Shown here: positions 12,556-22,544 of the stretch, in pieces | How positions within the stretch are numbered: the first letter of the stretch is position 1 | Layout: the number at the start of each line of letters is the position of its first letter | Assembly (NCBI GenBank): GCA_001824275.1 | Contig: MHWW01000002.1 | Coordinates: forward strand, 13,266-77,265 | Direction of reading: 5' to 3' | Origin: Candidatus Zambryskibacteria bacterium RIFOXYC1_FULL_39_10 | GTDB lineage: Bacteria; Patescibacteriota; Minisyncoccia; Phycocordibacterales; WO2-35-19 | Length of the DNA: 64,000 nucleotides | Translations under genes and position numbers: made by a program | The notes under the pieces: generated by a model | What the model saw: only the letters and a program-made list of their open reading frames with translations | Database searches by the model: none | What the model was told of the DNA's origin: nothing

Positions 12556-12948
12556 TTATTTTGGGTTTCTTATTGTATTAAGTACTTCATCCAAAACTTC
12601 CGAAGGTATCGCGGCCGATTTGATGATATAACCAGCGATACCAAGTTTTTTGGCTTCATTTATATAATTTTCTTCACTTTGGTTAGTAAGCATTATAACC
12701 GGTATATTTTCGCCCAATTTACTTTTGCGCATTTCCATTAATGTTTCTATACCGCTTTTCCCCGGCATTACAATATCTAACAAAATCAAATTAATCCCTG
12801 CAGGTTTCTTCAGCTTTTCCAAAAGTTCTTCTCCAGATTTGCAAGCCTCAACCCCGATATCGCTATTACCAAACTTGAGAGCATACATATTTACCAAAAA
12901 ATCGTCATCATCTACAATTATTACTTTATATTTTTTATCTGGATTCAT
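12556..12948 (-). CDS. Single-domain response regulator (receiver only)
   Basis: IIVDDD, LLDIVMP, MLTN, YIIKS. Confidence 0.9.
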   Translation of the reverse strand: MNPDKKYKVIIVDDDDFLVNMYALKFGNSDIGVEACKSGEELLEKLKKPAGINLILLDIVMPGKSGIETLMEMRKSKLGENIPVIMLTNQSEENYINEAKKLGIAGYIIKSAAIPSEVLDEVLNTIRNPK

Positions 12949-12985
12949 GACAATATTATACATTTAATCAATCCGCATAGCTATT

Positions 12986-14749
12986 TTATAACATATTAAA
13001 CTCTTCAAAAGGTATGACTCGACCAAAAGCTTTTATCATGGCGTCTTCTTTCATCGTGAGCATCCCTTTTGATCTGGCATGTTTCCAAATTTCTTGCTCG
13101 GTTGGATTTTTTAAAATGATTTGTTCCAACTCTTTATCCATTTCCAAAACTTCCATTACCGCCACTCGCCCTTTAATACCGCTTGGGCAATTTGGTGCTG
13201 GAGCAATCTCATATACTTCTTTGCCAAAAATAATGTCTTTTTTATAAATTTCTGGCAAATCAACAAACTGCTTTTCAAGCATCATTTTGATACTACCATC
13301 AACTTTGACGGGTTTGCCGGCTCCAGGGCAAAACGATCTGGCAAGCCTTTGAGCAATAGCCAAAACGAGTGTCGGCGCAATCAAATAAGGGTCAATACCC
13401 ATGTCTATGAGTCGTGGGATGACACCAATCGCCGTGTTCGTGTGAATAGTTGAAAAAACCAAGTGACCAGTTAGAGCCGCTTGGATAGCAAGCTGAGCAG
13501 TTTCTTTATCTCTAATTTCACCCACCATGATAATGTCCGGGTCTTGACGCAAAGTAGTTCGGAGACCAGATGCAAAAGTATAGCCGATTTCTGACATTAC
13601 TTGAGACTGACTCATACCTTCCATGTTGTATTCAATCGGATCTTCCAGAGAAAGAACATTTTTGTGTTCCTTATCAACTTCATTCATCATTGAATAGAGA
13701 GTGGTAGATTTTCCTGAACCAGTTGGTCCAGATATGAGAATGAGACCGTAAGGTTTATCAATAGCCCTCATGATTTGTTCCAAATTTCTCTTGCTGAGCC
13801 CGAGTTCGCTCAATCGTTTGATACCCTTTTCTTGGTCCAAAATACGGATAACCACCTTTTCACCAAAATAGGTTGGAAAAGTTGAAACTCGAAAGTCCAC
13901 TTTTCTCTCATTTAATGTAGCCGAAAATCTCCCGTCTTGCGGTTTCCTTTTTTCATCCAGCCTCATATTGGACATGATTTTTATTCTAGCCACTACCGCG
14001 CTGTGAACTCGCGATGGCAAAACGATACTCGTATTCATAATACCGTCCACTCGAAAACGAATCCGGACATTAGCCGCCGTCGGTTCTATGTGAATATCTG
14101 AAGCTCGGCCGTCAATGGCGTATCGGAGTATTGTAGCCACGATTTTGGTAACGGGCGCATTTTCTATAACTTTGGCGTCTTTGGACTCAGAGCTTCCCAA
14201 ATCATTTTCAAATTCATCTTCGCTTGATTCTTTTTTGGTGTCTTTTTTTGTGTCTTTTTCTTCACTTTTGACTTCAGTCACAAACTCCGTCTCAAGCTCG
14301 GATAGTGCTTTGGTAACCTCTCCCGAAAGCCCTTTATATAAATTGATAACTTTATTAAAACTATCTTGCGAAATTATAAAGGTCTTAAAAGGTAAATTGA
14401 TTTTTGATGATATGAAATTAAGAGCATCTCGAGCTGTGATGTTGTCCGGATTGGTAACGCCAACTTCCAACACGCCGTTGTTTACACCAACTGGCACAAA
14501 CTGATAATAAACGGCTGCTTCCTCGGGAATGTAATCAAGCACTTTGCTTGTAATAAGTGAGAGATCAACGCTTTTTACCGGCATTGCATAATATTCCGCT
14601 TTGGCGGCAAGAATGTCTTCCGGGCTCACTCCCAAGGTCAAAAGATTTTCTTCTACATCATCACCTGTTGCATCTACTTTTTCTTTGATTGATGAAATAT
14701 CTTTGGCCTCAATGACCCCTTGTTTTATCAAAACATCTAAAATACTCAT
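12986..14749 (-). CDS. pilB: Pilus assembly ATPase (PilB/GspE)
   Basis: ASDIHIEP, GPTGSGKSTT, LRQDPDIIMVGEIRD, N-terminal T2SSE_N-like region. Confidence 0.93.
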   Translation of the reverse strand: MSILDVLIKQGVIEAKDISSIKEKVDATGDDVEENLLTLGVSPEDILAAKAEYYAMPVKSVDLSLITSKVLDYIPEEAAVYYQFVPVGVNNGVLEVGVTNPDNITARDALNFISSKINLPFKTFIISQDSFNKVINLYKGLSGEVTKALSELETEFVTEVKSEEKDTKKDTKKESSEDEFENDLGSSESKDAKVIENAPVTKIVATILRYAIDGRASDIHIEPTAANVRIRFRVDGIMNTSIVLPSRVHSAVVARIKIMSNMRLDEKRKPQDGRFSATLNERKVDFRVSTFPTYFGEKVVIRILDQEKGIKRLSELGLSKRNLEQIMRAIDKPYGLILISGPTGSGKSTTLYSMMNEVDKEHKNVLSLEDPIEYNMEGMSQSQVMSEIGYTFASGLRTTLRQDPDIIMVGEIRDKETAQLAIQAALTGHLVFSTIHTNTAIGVIPRLIDMGIDPYLIAPTLVLAIAQRLARSFCPGAGKPVKVDGSIKMMLEKQFVDLPEIYKKDIIFGKEVYEIAPAPNCPSGIKGRVAVMEVLEMDKELEQIILKNPTEQEIWKHARSKGMLTMKEDAMIKAFGRVIPFEEFNML

Positions 14750-14763
14750 AATTATTTAAAAAA

Positions 14764-15075
14764 CTAATTTGAACTAAAAGTTCCGGAAAATGGGTTACTC
14801 TTGCCTACAGGTAATGATATGAGAGGAATTTCAATACTTCTAAAAGATTCAAAAATAGGATCATCAGCCATGTTTGTATCAAAATTTATATTTTCCATTT
14901 CTCTCAAAACTACCGCCACCCTTTCGCCTGCCGCATCTAAATCAGCCGAAGTCCCCGCGTCAGTCGTGAGATCAGTACTTGCTGGCATGAAAATCACTTT
15001 ATAAGCCACGACGAGCAGTGCGAGCAGTACCCCTGCCAAAATAATTGTGCGTTTGTTGTTTTTTGAATTTTTCAT
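14764..15075 (-). CDS. Small bitopic membrane protein, PilP position
   Basis: One N-terminal TM, GKSNPF C-terminus, located after pilMNO. Confidence 0.6.
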   Translation of the reverse strand: MKNSKNNKRTIILAGVLLALLVVAYKVIFMPASTDLTTDAGTSADLDAAGERVAVVLREMENINFDTNMADDPIFESFRSIEIPLISLPVGKSNPFSGTFSSN

Positions 15076-15077
15076 AT

Positions 15078-15620
15078 TTATTTTAACCAATACACTTCAA
15101 ATTCCACATTGTAAGAATAAACTCCATTATCAGCGCCGGTTAATTTCAGGGATTTTATATCTAAGATTCGCAAACTCTGACCCAAATCATTCATAAAGCT
15201 ATTAAATTGACTATACGAACCATTAAAAGAAAAGCTGATGATTGCCGACTGGTAAGGCTTTTGCGGCCCAGCTTCACTTACAGTCTCACCCTGAGCGCTG
15301 TCCGTTTGCCTGAAAGAAGTTTTGTCTACAGACAATCCGTATTTTGAACCAACAGCGTCAATTTGGGAAATTAATTTGACAAAATCTAGTGAATCCGGCA
15401 ACACGGTCTCAATATATTTTTTGTCTTCAGATGAAATTTTGTTATATTTGGTGAGCAATTCATTTTTTTTGGCTTCAATCTCTGTCATCATAACTAAAGT
15501 GCTTTCTTGTTTCTCTTTTTCTGTCATAAGCGCACTTATCTCCCCTACTGACGGATAAGCAAAAGCATACCCGACCGCAATAGTGAGAAGAAAATATATA
15601 AGTAAGGTGGTATTGCTCAT
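15078..15620 (-). CDS. pilO: PilO-like protein
   Basis: TM + coiled coil + GSYSQFNSFMNDLGQSLRILDI. Confidence 0.8.
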   Translation of the reverse strand: MSNTTLLIYFLLTIAVGYAFAYPSVGEISALMTEKEKQESTLVMMTEIEAKKNELLTKYNKISSEDKKYIETVLPDSLDFVKLISQIDAVGSKYGLSVDKTSFRQTDSAQGETVSEAGPQKPYQSAIISFSFNGSYSQFNSFMNDLGQSLRILDIKSLKLTGADNGVYSYNVEFEVYWLK

Positions 15621-15630
15621 TTAAAATAAA

Positions 15631-16200
15631 TTATGGTGAATAAACGGAAATTTTTGGATCAACAGCGATATCCAAATCAAAAGATACCGAACCTCCATTT
15701 CCCAAACCCAAATTTGAAAATGTCGTTGATTTGAAATATTTAACTTTTGAAAAAACATCTTCTTGCAGAGCAACACTTGCATAGTCGGATGCTTTGCCAT
15801 TCAGACGGACGAGAAGTTCTCCGTCTTTAGATTCGTCATATGACAAATTAATAAACTGAACAGAAGAAACGGTAGAAGAAGCCAGTGTTTCAAGGAAATT
15901 TGACGCTACTTTGTGCTTTATTACTATTGATCTGACGACACCGAGCTTCTTGCTAAATTGAGACATTTTACTAATAGTCTCTTTGTCCAAATTTTTCTCC
16001 TCTTCAGCTAGTTGCAATTGCAAATTTTCAATATCACTTTTGATAATTCCTTTATAAAGATAAAGTCCGGCAGAAAGAATAATAGAAAAAATAAACAAAG
16101 AAACCACCAAGACGCCGAGTATACCGGCCTTTTTCTTTTTGAAAACTTCTTCCGTCACCGATTCTTTGGGTATAAATGATGATTGAAAATTTGGTGCCAT
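15631..16200 (-). CDS. pilN: PilN-like protein
   Basis: TM + coiled coil + ferredoxin-like C-terminus; lies between pilM and pilO. Confidence 0.72.
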   Translation of the reverse strand: MAPNFQSSFIPKESVTEEVFKKKKAGILGVLVVSLFIFSIILSAGLYLYKGIIKSDIENLQLQLAEEEKNLDKETISKMSQFSKKLGVVRSIVIKHKVASNFLETLASSTVSSVQFINLSYDESKDGELLVRLNGKASDYASVALQEDVFSKVKYFKSTTFSNLGLGNGGSVSFDLDIAVDPKISVYSP

Positions 16201-16279
16201 ATTATAAATTAATTATACTTCAAAAACAATCCAAATTGTAAAGACTGGTGTTGATTACTTTTAAAGAACGAGCGTTCTT

Positions 16280-17383
16280 TTAAATTTCTTGGAGACAGCG
16301 AAGGGCGGCACCGGTGGCAACGGTAAATTCGGGACCAGTCACTTTGAGTATTTCTTCCAAGAATGCTGGCACCTCTACCTTTTCAAACGGATTGCCAGAA
16401 ACCACTTCAACTTTGAAATTTTGAGCCGCCAAGTCTCTGAAACCTTTGAGAGCCGAGCCACCACCAGTCAGAAATACTGATTTTATATTTTGATTTCGCT
16501 TTTTTTGAAAATCAAACAAAAATCGATTAGCCTCAGAAAAAATCCTCTCAGAAATGACAGTGACCGCTTCGGCAAGGTCTACCCCATCTACAGTTTTGCC
16601 TATTCCTACCGATCTCTTTATAACTTCGGCTTCTTCAACGGAAATATTTAAAATTCTGGCGATATTGGCTGTAATATCTTGAGAACCGCCGTTTATAGTA
16701 TGCGAATTGTGCACCAACCCTCTCTCCACGATATAAAGTTTGGTGGTTGATGCGCCCATATCAAAAATCATAAGCGGCCCTTGCACCCCTTCTAGTACCG
16801 CTCTCATGGTGCTGAAAATTTCTATTTCAAAAAATTTTGCATCAAGACCAGTTTTGGTCACAATTTCTTTGTATTGATTTATGATGTTGTTGTGGATTGC
16901 GACCAAAAGCACATCGACAGTTTTGAGTTTGTTTGATTTGTCTCCCGGTATACTTTCTTCAACTTCTGATCTGGGAATAATGGACCAGTCAATCGTGACG
17001 TCAGAAATCGGCACGGGGATATATTTGCGCGCCTCGATGTTTATCATACCCGCGAGCTCCTTCTCCGGAATTTTAGGCATTTCAATGATAGAGAGTAGTG
17101 ACGCCTTGAATGGTATCGCCAAACCGCAAACTCGGGTGGTGATGGCCACCTCCTTTTCATTTAATAAATCATTTATTGCCGAAATTATTTTGTTGGTCGG
17201 CAGGTTGGTGGATTGACCAACCGATGAGTCAGCGTAAGGCCCCAAAGACAATTCACCATAAGTTTCAAGTATGGCTTTGTCCCCTTTCTTTTTGAGTTGG
17301 ACCACCTTGATAGAAGATGAGCCGATATCAATCCCGAGCACACTGGTATTCTTCTTTTTGAAAATATCAGAAATAAAGCTCAT
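16280..17383 (-). CDS. pilM: Type IV pilus assembly protein PilM
   Basis: LGIDIGSSSIK, EARKYIP, DMGASTT, LTGGGS actin-like motifs. Confidence 0.93.
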   Translation of the reverse strand: MSFISDIFKKKNTSVLGIDIGSSSIKVVQLKKKGDKAILETYGELSLGPYADSSVGQSTNLPTNKIISAINDLLNEKEVAITTRVCGLAIPFKASLLSIIEMPKIPEKELAGMINIEARKYIPVPISDVTIDWSIIPRSEVEESIPGDKSNKLKTVDVLLVAIHNNIINQYKEIVTKTGLDAKFFEIEIFSTMRAVLEGVQGPLMIFDMGASTTKLYIVERGLVHNSHTINGGSQDITANIARILNISVEEAEVIKRSVGIGKTVDGVDLAEAVTVISERIFSEANRFLFDFQKKRNQNIKSVFLTGGGSALKGFRDLAAQNFKVEVVSGNPFEKVEVPAFLEEILKVTGPEFTVATGAALRCLQEI

Positions 17384-17402
17384 AATGTATGATTATAACA
17401 CA

Positions 17403-18101
17403 ATGTCTATCGTCAAGTCATTTAAAAAATGGGTAAAGAGTGTTGTAGAGCTCGCACAGGACCTGCTCGTCCCCGAAGATTTTAAAATTCAAAAGCTTTT
17501 GAATTTGCCCGCCGGGACGATGAGGGATCTTTTGCCCAAATCCCCCGTTTATTCTAAAAACATTTTCGTCCTCTTTGACTACCAAAACAAAGTGGTCCGT
17601 CTCATCGTCAAATCTATCAAATACAAAAACAACGCCAATTTGAGGAAACGCGTCGCAGGATATTTGTATGAAGAAATCATTGACCTCGCCTCCGAAATTG
17701 CCCTTTTTGAAGGAACCTCGCCACTTCTCGTACCTATGCCAATGAGTAAAAAAGAAAAAAGAAACCGAGGATTCAATCAGTGTGAAGAATTAGTGAGAGA
17801 AATAAAAAAATTAGGCGAAGAAAATATTGAAGTTTCTTACAACACTTTAAAAAAAGTGCGAGAAACAGAAAGACAGACAAAATTAAGCCGCGAAGCGCGA
17901 ATGAAAAACGTGAAAAACTCAATGGCGGCAATCAATACGGACGTATATACGAACGTAAGCACGCCCGTAAGTACGACTCAATATCGGACGGTTATTGTTT
18001 TAGATGATGTCTACACTACCGGTGCTTCCCTCTCTGAGGCCCGCAGAGCCCTTTTAGAAACTGGAGCAAAAAGAGTAATTGGCCTTTTTATCACACACTA
18101 A
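17403..18101 (+). CDS. comF: ComF family phosphoribosyltransferase-like competence protein
   Basis: VPMP...RGFNQ...LDDVYTTGASL. Confidence 0.88.
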   Translation: MSIVKSFKKWVKSVVELAQDLLVPEDFKIQKLLNLPAGTMRDLLPKSPVYSKNIFVLFDYQNKVVRLIVKSIKYKNNANLRKRVAGYLYEEIIDLASEIALFEGTSPLLVPMPMSKKEKRNRGFNQCEELVREIKKLGEENIEVSYNTLKKVRETERQTKLSREARMKNVKNSMAAINTDVYTNVSTPVSTTQYRTVIVLDDVYTTGASLSEARRALLETGAKRVIGLFITH

Positions 18102-18103
18102 AA

Positions 18104-18640
18104 TTATTTCTTCTTGAATGGGAAGCCGAGGGTTTTGAAGAATTCCGAAGCGGACTCTTTGTTTTTTAAGTTTGTGACGATGGTGGCGGAAAAGCCAAAC
18201 ACATCTTTGAGGTCTTCATCAGCAGTTTCTGAAAATACAGTATGCTCTTTGATTGCGAGAGTATAATTACCCATCTCGTCCAGTGCGTCAATTGAAATGC
18301 CTCTGAAGTCTTTGGTGCGAGGAAGCGCTATATTCAAAAGTCTGTCGAGGAAGCTCCACATCTTCTCCCCTCTCAAAGTGATTTGCACTCCGACGATATC
18401 GCCCTCTCTAGATTTGAAGGAGGCCACTGATTTTTTGGCGCCTCTTTTGATTGGTTTCTGGCCTGTGATTTTGGCTAATCTATCAGTAACAATATCTATT
18501 TTTTTCTTATCATTAAAAGAGCCGACGCCAGAACTCACAACTACCTTCAAAATTTTTGGCGCCTGCATAATATTTTTCAAGCCCAATTTTTCTTTGAGTT
18601 CTTTAAAAGCTTCTTTGGTTTTTTCTTTAAGTAATTTCAT
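18104..18640 (-). CDS. rplE: 50S ribosomal protein L5
   Basis: ITGQKP, AKKSVASFK, ALPRTKDFRG. Confidence 0.96.
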   Translation of the reverse strand: MKLLKEKTKEAFKELKEKLGLKNIMQAPKILKVVVSSGVGSFNDKKKIDIVTDRLAKITGQKPIKRGAKKSVASFKSREGDIVGVQITLRGEKMWSFLDRLLNIALPRTKDFRGISIDALDEMGNYTLAIKEHTVFSETADEDLKDVFGFSATIVTNLKNKESASEFFKTLGFPFKKK

Positions 18641-18641
18641 A

Positions 18642-18866
18642 TTATTTGTCTTTTACCTTTTTAACATTTGAAACATGCACTGGTGCCGCTTGCTCTATGA
18701 TTTTGCCTTTCTCATTGCTCTTTTTTGGTCTCTGGTGCAATTTCTTTTTATTTATACCTTCTACCAAAACTGCATCTACTTTTGGAAATGCTTTCAAAAC
18801 GACACCGGTTTTACCCCTGTCTTTGCCTGCGATTATTGATACTTTGTCTCCTTTTTTTATTTTCAT
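18642..18866 (-). CDS. rplX: 50S ribosomal protein L24 (short)
   Basis: [19 protein letters not shown] motif, PVHVSNV. Confidence 0.95.
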   Translation of the reverse strand: MKIKKGDKVSIIAGKDRGKTGVVLKAFPKVDAVLVEGINKKKLHQRPKKSNEKGKIIEQAAPVHVSNVKKVKDK

Positions 18867-18893
18867 TTTTTTGTATATTATTCTTTCTTCTTT

Positions 18894-18933
18894 CTCCCCT
18901 CTCCTGCTTCTAGGAGAGGGGTTGGGGGTGAGG
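18894..18933. repeat. REP-like palindrome, family CCCCTCTCC..GGAGAGGGG-TTGGGGGTGAGG
   Basis: Near-identical copies at 32718-32758 and 51071-51110; abuts the rplN stop codon. Confidence 0.85.
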
Positions 18934-19311
18934 TTAAATCACCTCCGGTGCCAATGTGACGATGGCTTGCATCCCTAATTCAGCGATTTCTCTTGGAATT
19001 GGTCCAAAAATTCTACCAGCCTTGGGCACGATTTCACCCTTTTTTTGTTCCACCACCACCACAGCGTTTTCATCAAAGCGAATATAAGAACCATCTTTTC
19101 GGCGAAGTGGCGCTTTTTGGCGAACCACCAATCCCAAAAGGACTGCTTTCTTTTTTATTTCTTTTCGAGGTTCGGCTTTTTGAACGGAAAAGATGACGAG
19201 CTCACCGATGCGAGCGTATCTCTTTTTGGAACTGCCGAGCACTTTGAAAACTCGCCCTATCTTGGCGCCTGAGTTGTCGGCTACTTTTACGATTGTTTGT
19301 GGCTGAATCAT
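18934..19311 (-). CDS. rplN: 50S ribosomal protein L14
   Basis: [32 protein letters not shown]. Confidence 0.97.
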   Translation of the reverse strand: MIQPQTIVKVADNSGAKIGRVFKVLGSSKKRYARIGELVIFSVQKAEPRKEIKKKAVLLGLVVRQKAPLRRKDGSYIRFDENAVVVVEQKKGEIVPKAGRIFGPIPREIAELGMQAIVTLAPEVI

Positions 19312-19315
19312 GTTT

Positions 19316-19594
19316 TTATTTTACAATTATGAAATGCTTATCTTTTGAAATCGGCTTGCACTCTCTAATCATGACTTTATCTCCTATCTTTTTGGTATTG
19401 CCGACATCATGAGCTTTATATTTTTTGCTTACTTTATGATATTTTTTGTATTTAGTGTGCTTAACAAATCTGATAACTGAAACCACACAAGTATCTTTCA
19501 TTTTGTCAGATACCACTACACCACTCAAGACTTTACCACCAATCTTTCCTTCTGATTTTTCTTCTGTATTCTTTTTTAATTCTTCTTTTTTCAT
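19316..19594 (-). CDS. rpsQ: 30S ribosomal protein S17
   Basis: [26 protein letters not shown]. Confidence 0.95.
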   Translation of the reverse strand: MKKEELKKNTEEKSEGKIGGKVLSGVVVSDKMKDTCVVSVIRFVKHTKYKKYHKVSKKYKAHDVGNTKKIGDKVMIRECKPISKDKHFIIVK

Positions 19595-19595
19595 T

Positions 19596-19784
19596 TTAAT
19601 TTTCAATTTTTATATTCAAAGCCGTCTTTATCCTCGCGATTTCTTTCTTTATATTTTTTTGCTCTTTGACATTTTTGCTCTTGCTACCTGCGCCGCCAAA
19701 TCTAATATCGCGCAAAGACAATCGTTTTTCGTTCAATTCCTTTTCAAGATCTCCTGTATTCTTTTTTGTTTTTTCTTTCTTCAT
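19596..19784 (-). CDS. rpmC: 50S ribosomal protein L29
   Basis: Lies between rplP and rpsQ; IRF...[10 protein letters not shown]. Confidence 0.88.
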   Translation of the reverse strand: MKKEKTKKNTGDLEKELNEKRLSLRDIRFGGAGSKSKNVKEQKNIKKEIARIKTALNIKIEN

Positions 19785-19797
19785 ACAGTTACCAATA

Positions 19798-20217
19798 TTA
19801 TATTCGAGCCACAATCTTAACTTTGACCGGCATCTTGGTACCACCTTTTCGGAGTGACTCTACCGCAACGGGGGCTAAAGCGCCGTCCACCTCAAACATT
19901 ATCTGACCAACTGATACTCTAGCACAGTATCCTTCGATATCCCCTTTTCCCTTACCCATTTTCACTTCGGCCGGCTTTTTGGTAAATGGCATATCAGGGA
20001 AAATACGAATCCAAACTCTTCCGGTTTTGCCCAAGCTTCTAGTGATGGCCTTTCTGGCTGCTTCAATCTGATTGGATGTGATGCGTCCTGGCGCCATCGC
20101 CTTCATACCATGGGAACCAAAAGACACTTTGATACCGCGAGTGGCTGGACCAATCTTTTTGGGGTTTTCACGCAATGTCTGCCATTTTCTATATTTAACT
20201 TTTTTGGGGAATAACAT
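19798..20217 (-). CDS. rplP: 50S ribosomal protein L16
   Basis: [30 protein letters not shown]. Confidence 0.97.
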   Translation of the reverse strand: MLFPKKVKYRKWQTLRENPKKIGPATRGIKVSFGSHGMKAMAPGRITSNQIEAARKAITRSLGKTGRVWIRIFPDMPFTKKPAEVKMGKGKGDIEGYCARVSVGQIMFEVDGALAPVAVESLRKGGTKMPVKVKIVARI

Positions 20218-20233
20218 GGTATTTGATTAAATA

Positions 20234-20908
20234 TTATGATTTTGTATTTTTATCTTTACTGAAAATATCGCCTTTGTAAATCCAAACTTTAATACCGATT
20301 TTACCAAGTGGCAAAAGCGCTTCATGGAAGGCGTAATCAATATCAGCGCGTAATGTCTGAAGTGGAATTCGTCCCACCTTTTTGGTCTCTGTCCTCGCCA
20401 TATTTGAACCGCCCATAATGCCGGAGAGGGTGACTTTCACGCCCTTCACGTCACGGTTGGCAAAAGCTTTTTCAACCATTGATTTCATCACTCTTCTGAA
20501 AGGTAATCTTTTTTCAAGTCCTTCGGCTACCATTTGAGCGGCAATCATTGAACTTGATTCAGGAGACTTCACTTCTTTGACATCAATTTTGAGCTCTTCT
20601 TTGATACTCAAACTGCGTCGCTTCATGAACTTCACCACATCATCTCGGAGTTTGGTCATGCCCTCGCCACTTCGGCCGATGATAAGTCCTGGACGAGAAG
20701 TTTCAATAATAATTCTAAAAGTTTTGATGTTTCTTTCAATTTCTATGGAATTAACGAAAGCCCCTTTGAGTCTCTTTTTCAAATATTCAAAAATCAAAAC
20801 ATCCCCTTTCAAGTTTTCTTTGTATTTAGATTTAATACCAAACCAGCGTGATCGCCAGTCGCGAATGATACCCAATCTATGTGCATATGGATGTACTGTG
20901 TGACTCAT
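20234..20908 (-). CDS. rpsC: 30S ribosomal protein S3
   Basis: HPYAHRLG, RPGLIIGRSG, PLQTLRADIDY. Confidence 0.97.
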   Translation of the reverse strand: MSHTVHPYAHRLGIIRDWRSRWFGIKSKYKENLKGDVLIFEYLKKRLKGAFVNSIEIERNIKTFRIIIETSRPGLIIGRSGEGMTKLRDDVVKFMKRRSLSIKEELKIDVKEVKSPESSSMIAAQMVAEGLEKRLPFRRVMKSMVEKAFANRDVKGVKVTLSGIMGGSNMARTETKKVGRIPLQTLRADIDYAFHEALLPLGKIGIKVWIYKGDIFSKDKNTKS

Positions 20909-20912
20909 AAAA

Positions 20913-21257
20913 TTATTTAGCCGGCGCTTTTTCTATTAAAGTTATTTTTATATGTGAGGTCCTCTTATGAATAGTGTGAGCGGAGCCGTGAGAAACTGAT
21001 CGACGACGATAAAGTATTTTGCCTCCATCAACTGTAATAGCCTTAACCTTCAAATTTTCTACTACTGCCCCCAAATCTTTAGCATTAGCGATAGCTGAAT
21101 CCAATAATTTGTGTAAAGGGCCAGTCGCTCTCTTGGTAATAAAATCAAGTTTCTTTTTTGCTTCACTCACAGATTTACCACGCAAAACATCAGCGACTAT
21201 TCGCACCTTTCTTGGGGACTGCCTATAGCTATTTAGTTGTGCAGTGATTTCTTGCAT
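20913..21257 (-). CDS. rplV: 50S ribosomal protein L22
   Basis: SPRKVRIVADVLRGK, SAIANA, KRTSHI. Confidence 0.96.
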   Translation of the reverse strand: MQEITAQLNSYRQSPRKVRIVADVLRGKSVSEAKKKLDFITKRATGPLHKLLDSAIANAKDLGAVVENLKVKAITVDGGKILYRRRSVSHGSAHTIHKRTSHIKITLIEKAPAK

Positions 21258-21263
21258 TTTATT

Positions 21264-21608
21264 TTATTTTTTCTTTGTGTCAGCTGTCGCCTTGGCAGAT
21301 TTAGCTGCACTTATTTCATCCTCTTTTTTCTTGGCTTCCAAATCTTTTTGCATTTTACCACCGTGTTTAATAAATTTGCGTGTAAGTGAAAATTCTCCCA
21401 ATCGGTGACCTACCATATCTTCAGTAACAAAAACTTCAATATGATCGCGGCCGTTGTGCACTCCAAAAGTGAAGCCCACCATTTCCGGCGCGATGACGCA
21501 GGCTCTAGACCAAGTTTTAATCACCCCAGTTTCCTGTGGTTTTTTACCTTCAACTTTTTTAATCACCCTAGGATCTACATAGGGTCCTTTTTTGACTGAT
21601 CTAGACAT
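21264..21608 (-). CDS. rpsS: 30S ribosomal protein S19
   Basis: [25 protein letters not shown]. Confidence 0.97.
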   Translation of the reverse strand: MSRSVKKGPYVDPRVIKKVEGKKPQETGVIKTWSRACVIAPEMVGFTFGVHNGRDHIEVFVTEDMVGHRLGEFSLTRKFIKHGGKMQKDLEAKKKEDEISAAKSAKATADTKKK

Positions 21609-21700
21609 AAAATATGTAAATTTAATCCCGCATAGCGGGACCTCAATATACTACCAAATAAGCATTTATTGTCAAACTTTACACCCCATATAAACAAAAC

Positions 21701-21728
21701 GGCGGTTGGGGTATACTCCCCAACCGCC
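21701..21728 (-). terminator. Terminator of the 21739-22425 orphan gene
   Basis: GGCGGTTGGGG..CCCCAACCGCC stem followed by a T-run on the minus strand. Confidence 0.7.
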
Positions 21729-21738
21729 TATTATTCCG

Positions 21739-22425
21739 TCACACCTGAAGTTCACTCTTCCCAATTCTGGTCACTCTGACTGACGTGCCATCAAATTCCC
21801 CTATCAACCAAAAATGACCAAACTTCAGACCAGCCACGATTGAGCTTTCTTGTCTCGGACCAGTGATGACAAAAATCTCATCAAAATCTTCTTTTTTTGC
21901 CCTGATTTCCGCCCGAAACTCTGATGAGATAAGCCCCACAAATAAATACTCAATTTTCCACAACTCTCCAATATTCTTCTTCAAAAAATGAGAGTACTTT
22001 TGGAGAAATTCTACATCAAACATTGCACCGACAAGCATTTTGTCCGCCACAGACCACGTTGCTGAACTGACTGTAGTGACTGATTCCCTAATAAGAAAAA
22101 GAATGAAGTAGGGATCATTGTTCACATCAGACAGAAGAAAAAGGTTGTGGTCGATAAGTCTGTATCGATCTCGATATTCAAGCACACCATACTCCGCTTC
22201 AAGCTTGGATACCTCTTTTGAAATATCATTGACAGTCAGCCCCTCAACCCCAAACGGATACTGGATTGAGAGAAGCATTTCCTCTATCTTTTTACGAAGA
22301 GAAAGCACCCTTCGGTTTTTCTCTTCAGTGCTCAAAATCTCCTTTGCTTGAGCAACGACCTCCTTGATCATGTTATGATCTTCTTCCTCGCTCATCGGCA
22401 GTGGGTTAGTCATGTTTGACGACAT
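21739..22425 (-). CDS. Hypothetical protein (stand-alone cassette)
   Basis: 228 aa ORF with its own TTGACA promoter, AAGGAG SD and terminator. Confidence 0.65.
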   Translation of the reverse strand: MSSNMTNPLPMSEEEDHNMIKEVVAQAKEILSTEEKNRRVLSLRKKIEEMLLSIQYPFGVEGLTVNDISKEVSKLEAEYGVLEYRDRYRLIDHNLFLLSDVNNDPYFILFLIRESVTTVSSATWSVADKMLVGAMFDVEFLQKYSHFLKKNIGELWKIEYLFVGLISSEFRAEIRAKKEDFDEIFVITGPRQESSIVAGLKFGHFWLIGEFDGTSVRVTRIGKSELQV

Positions 22426-22544
22426 GATGGGTTTCTCCTTCCAAAAACAAACTACATTTTTATTACATATTTGTCAAACCACCCTTCATTAAAAAACAAC
22501 TGAAGTTATTTTTTTATTCAGGATGAATTCGCATACAAGCGAAT

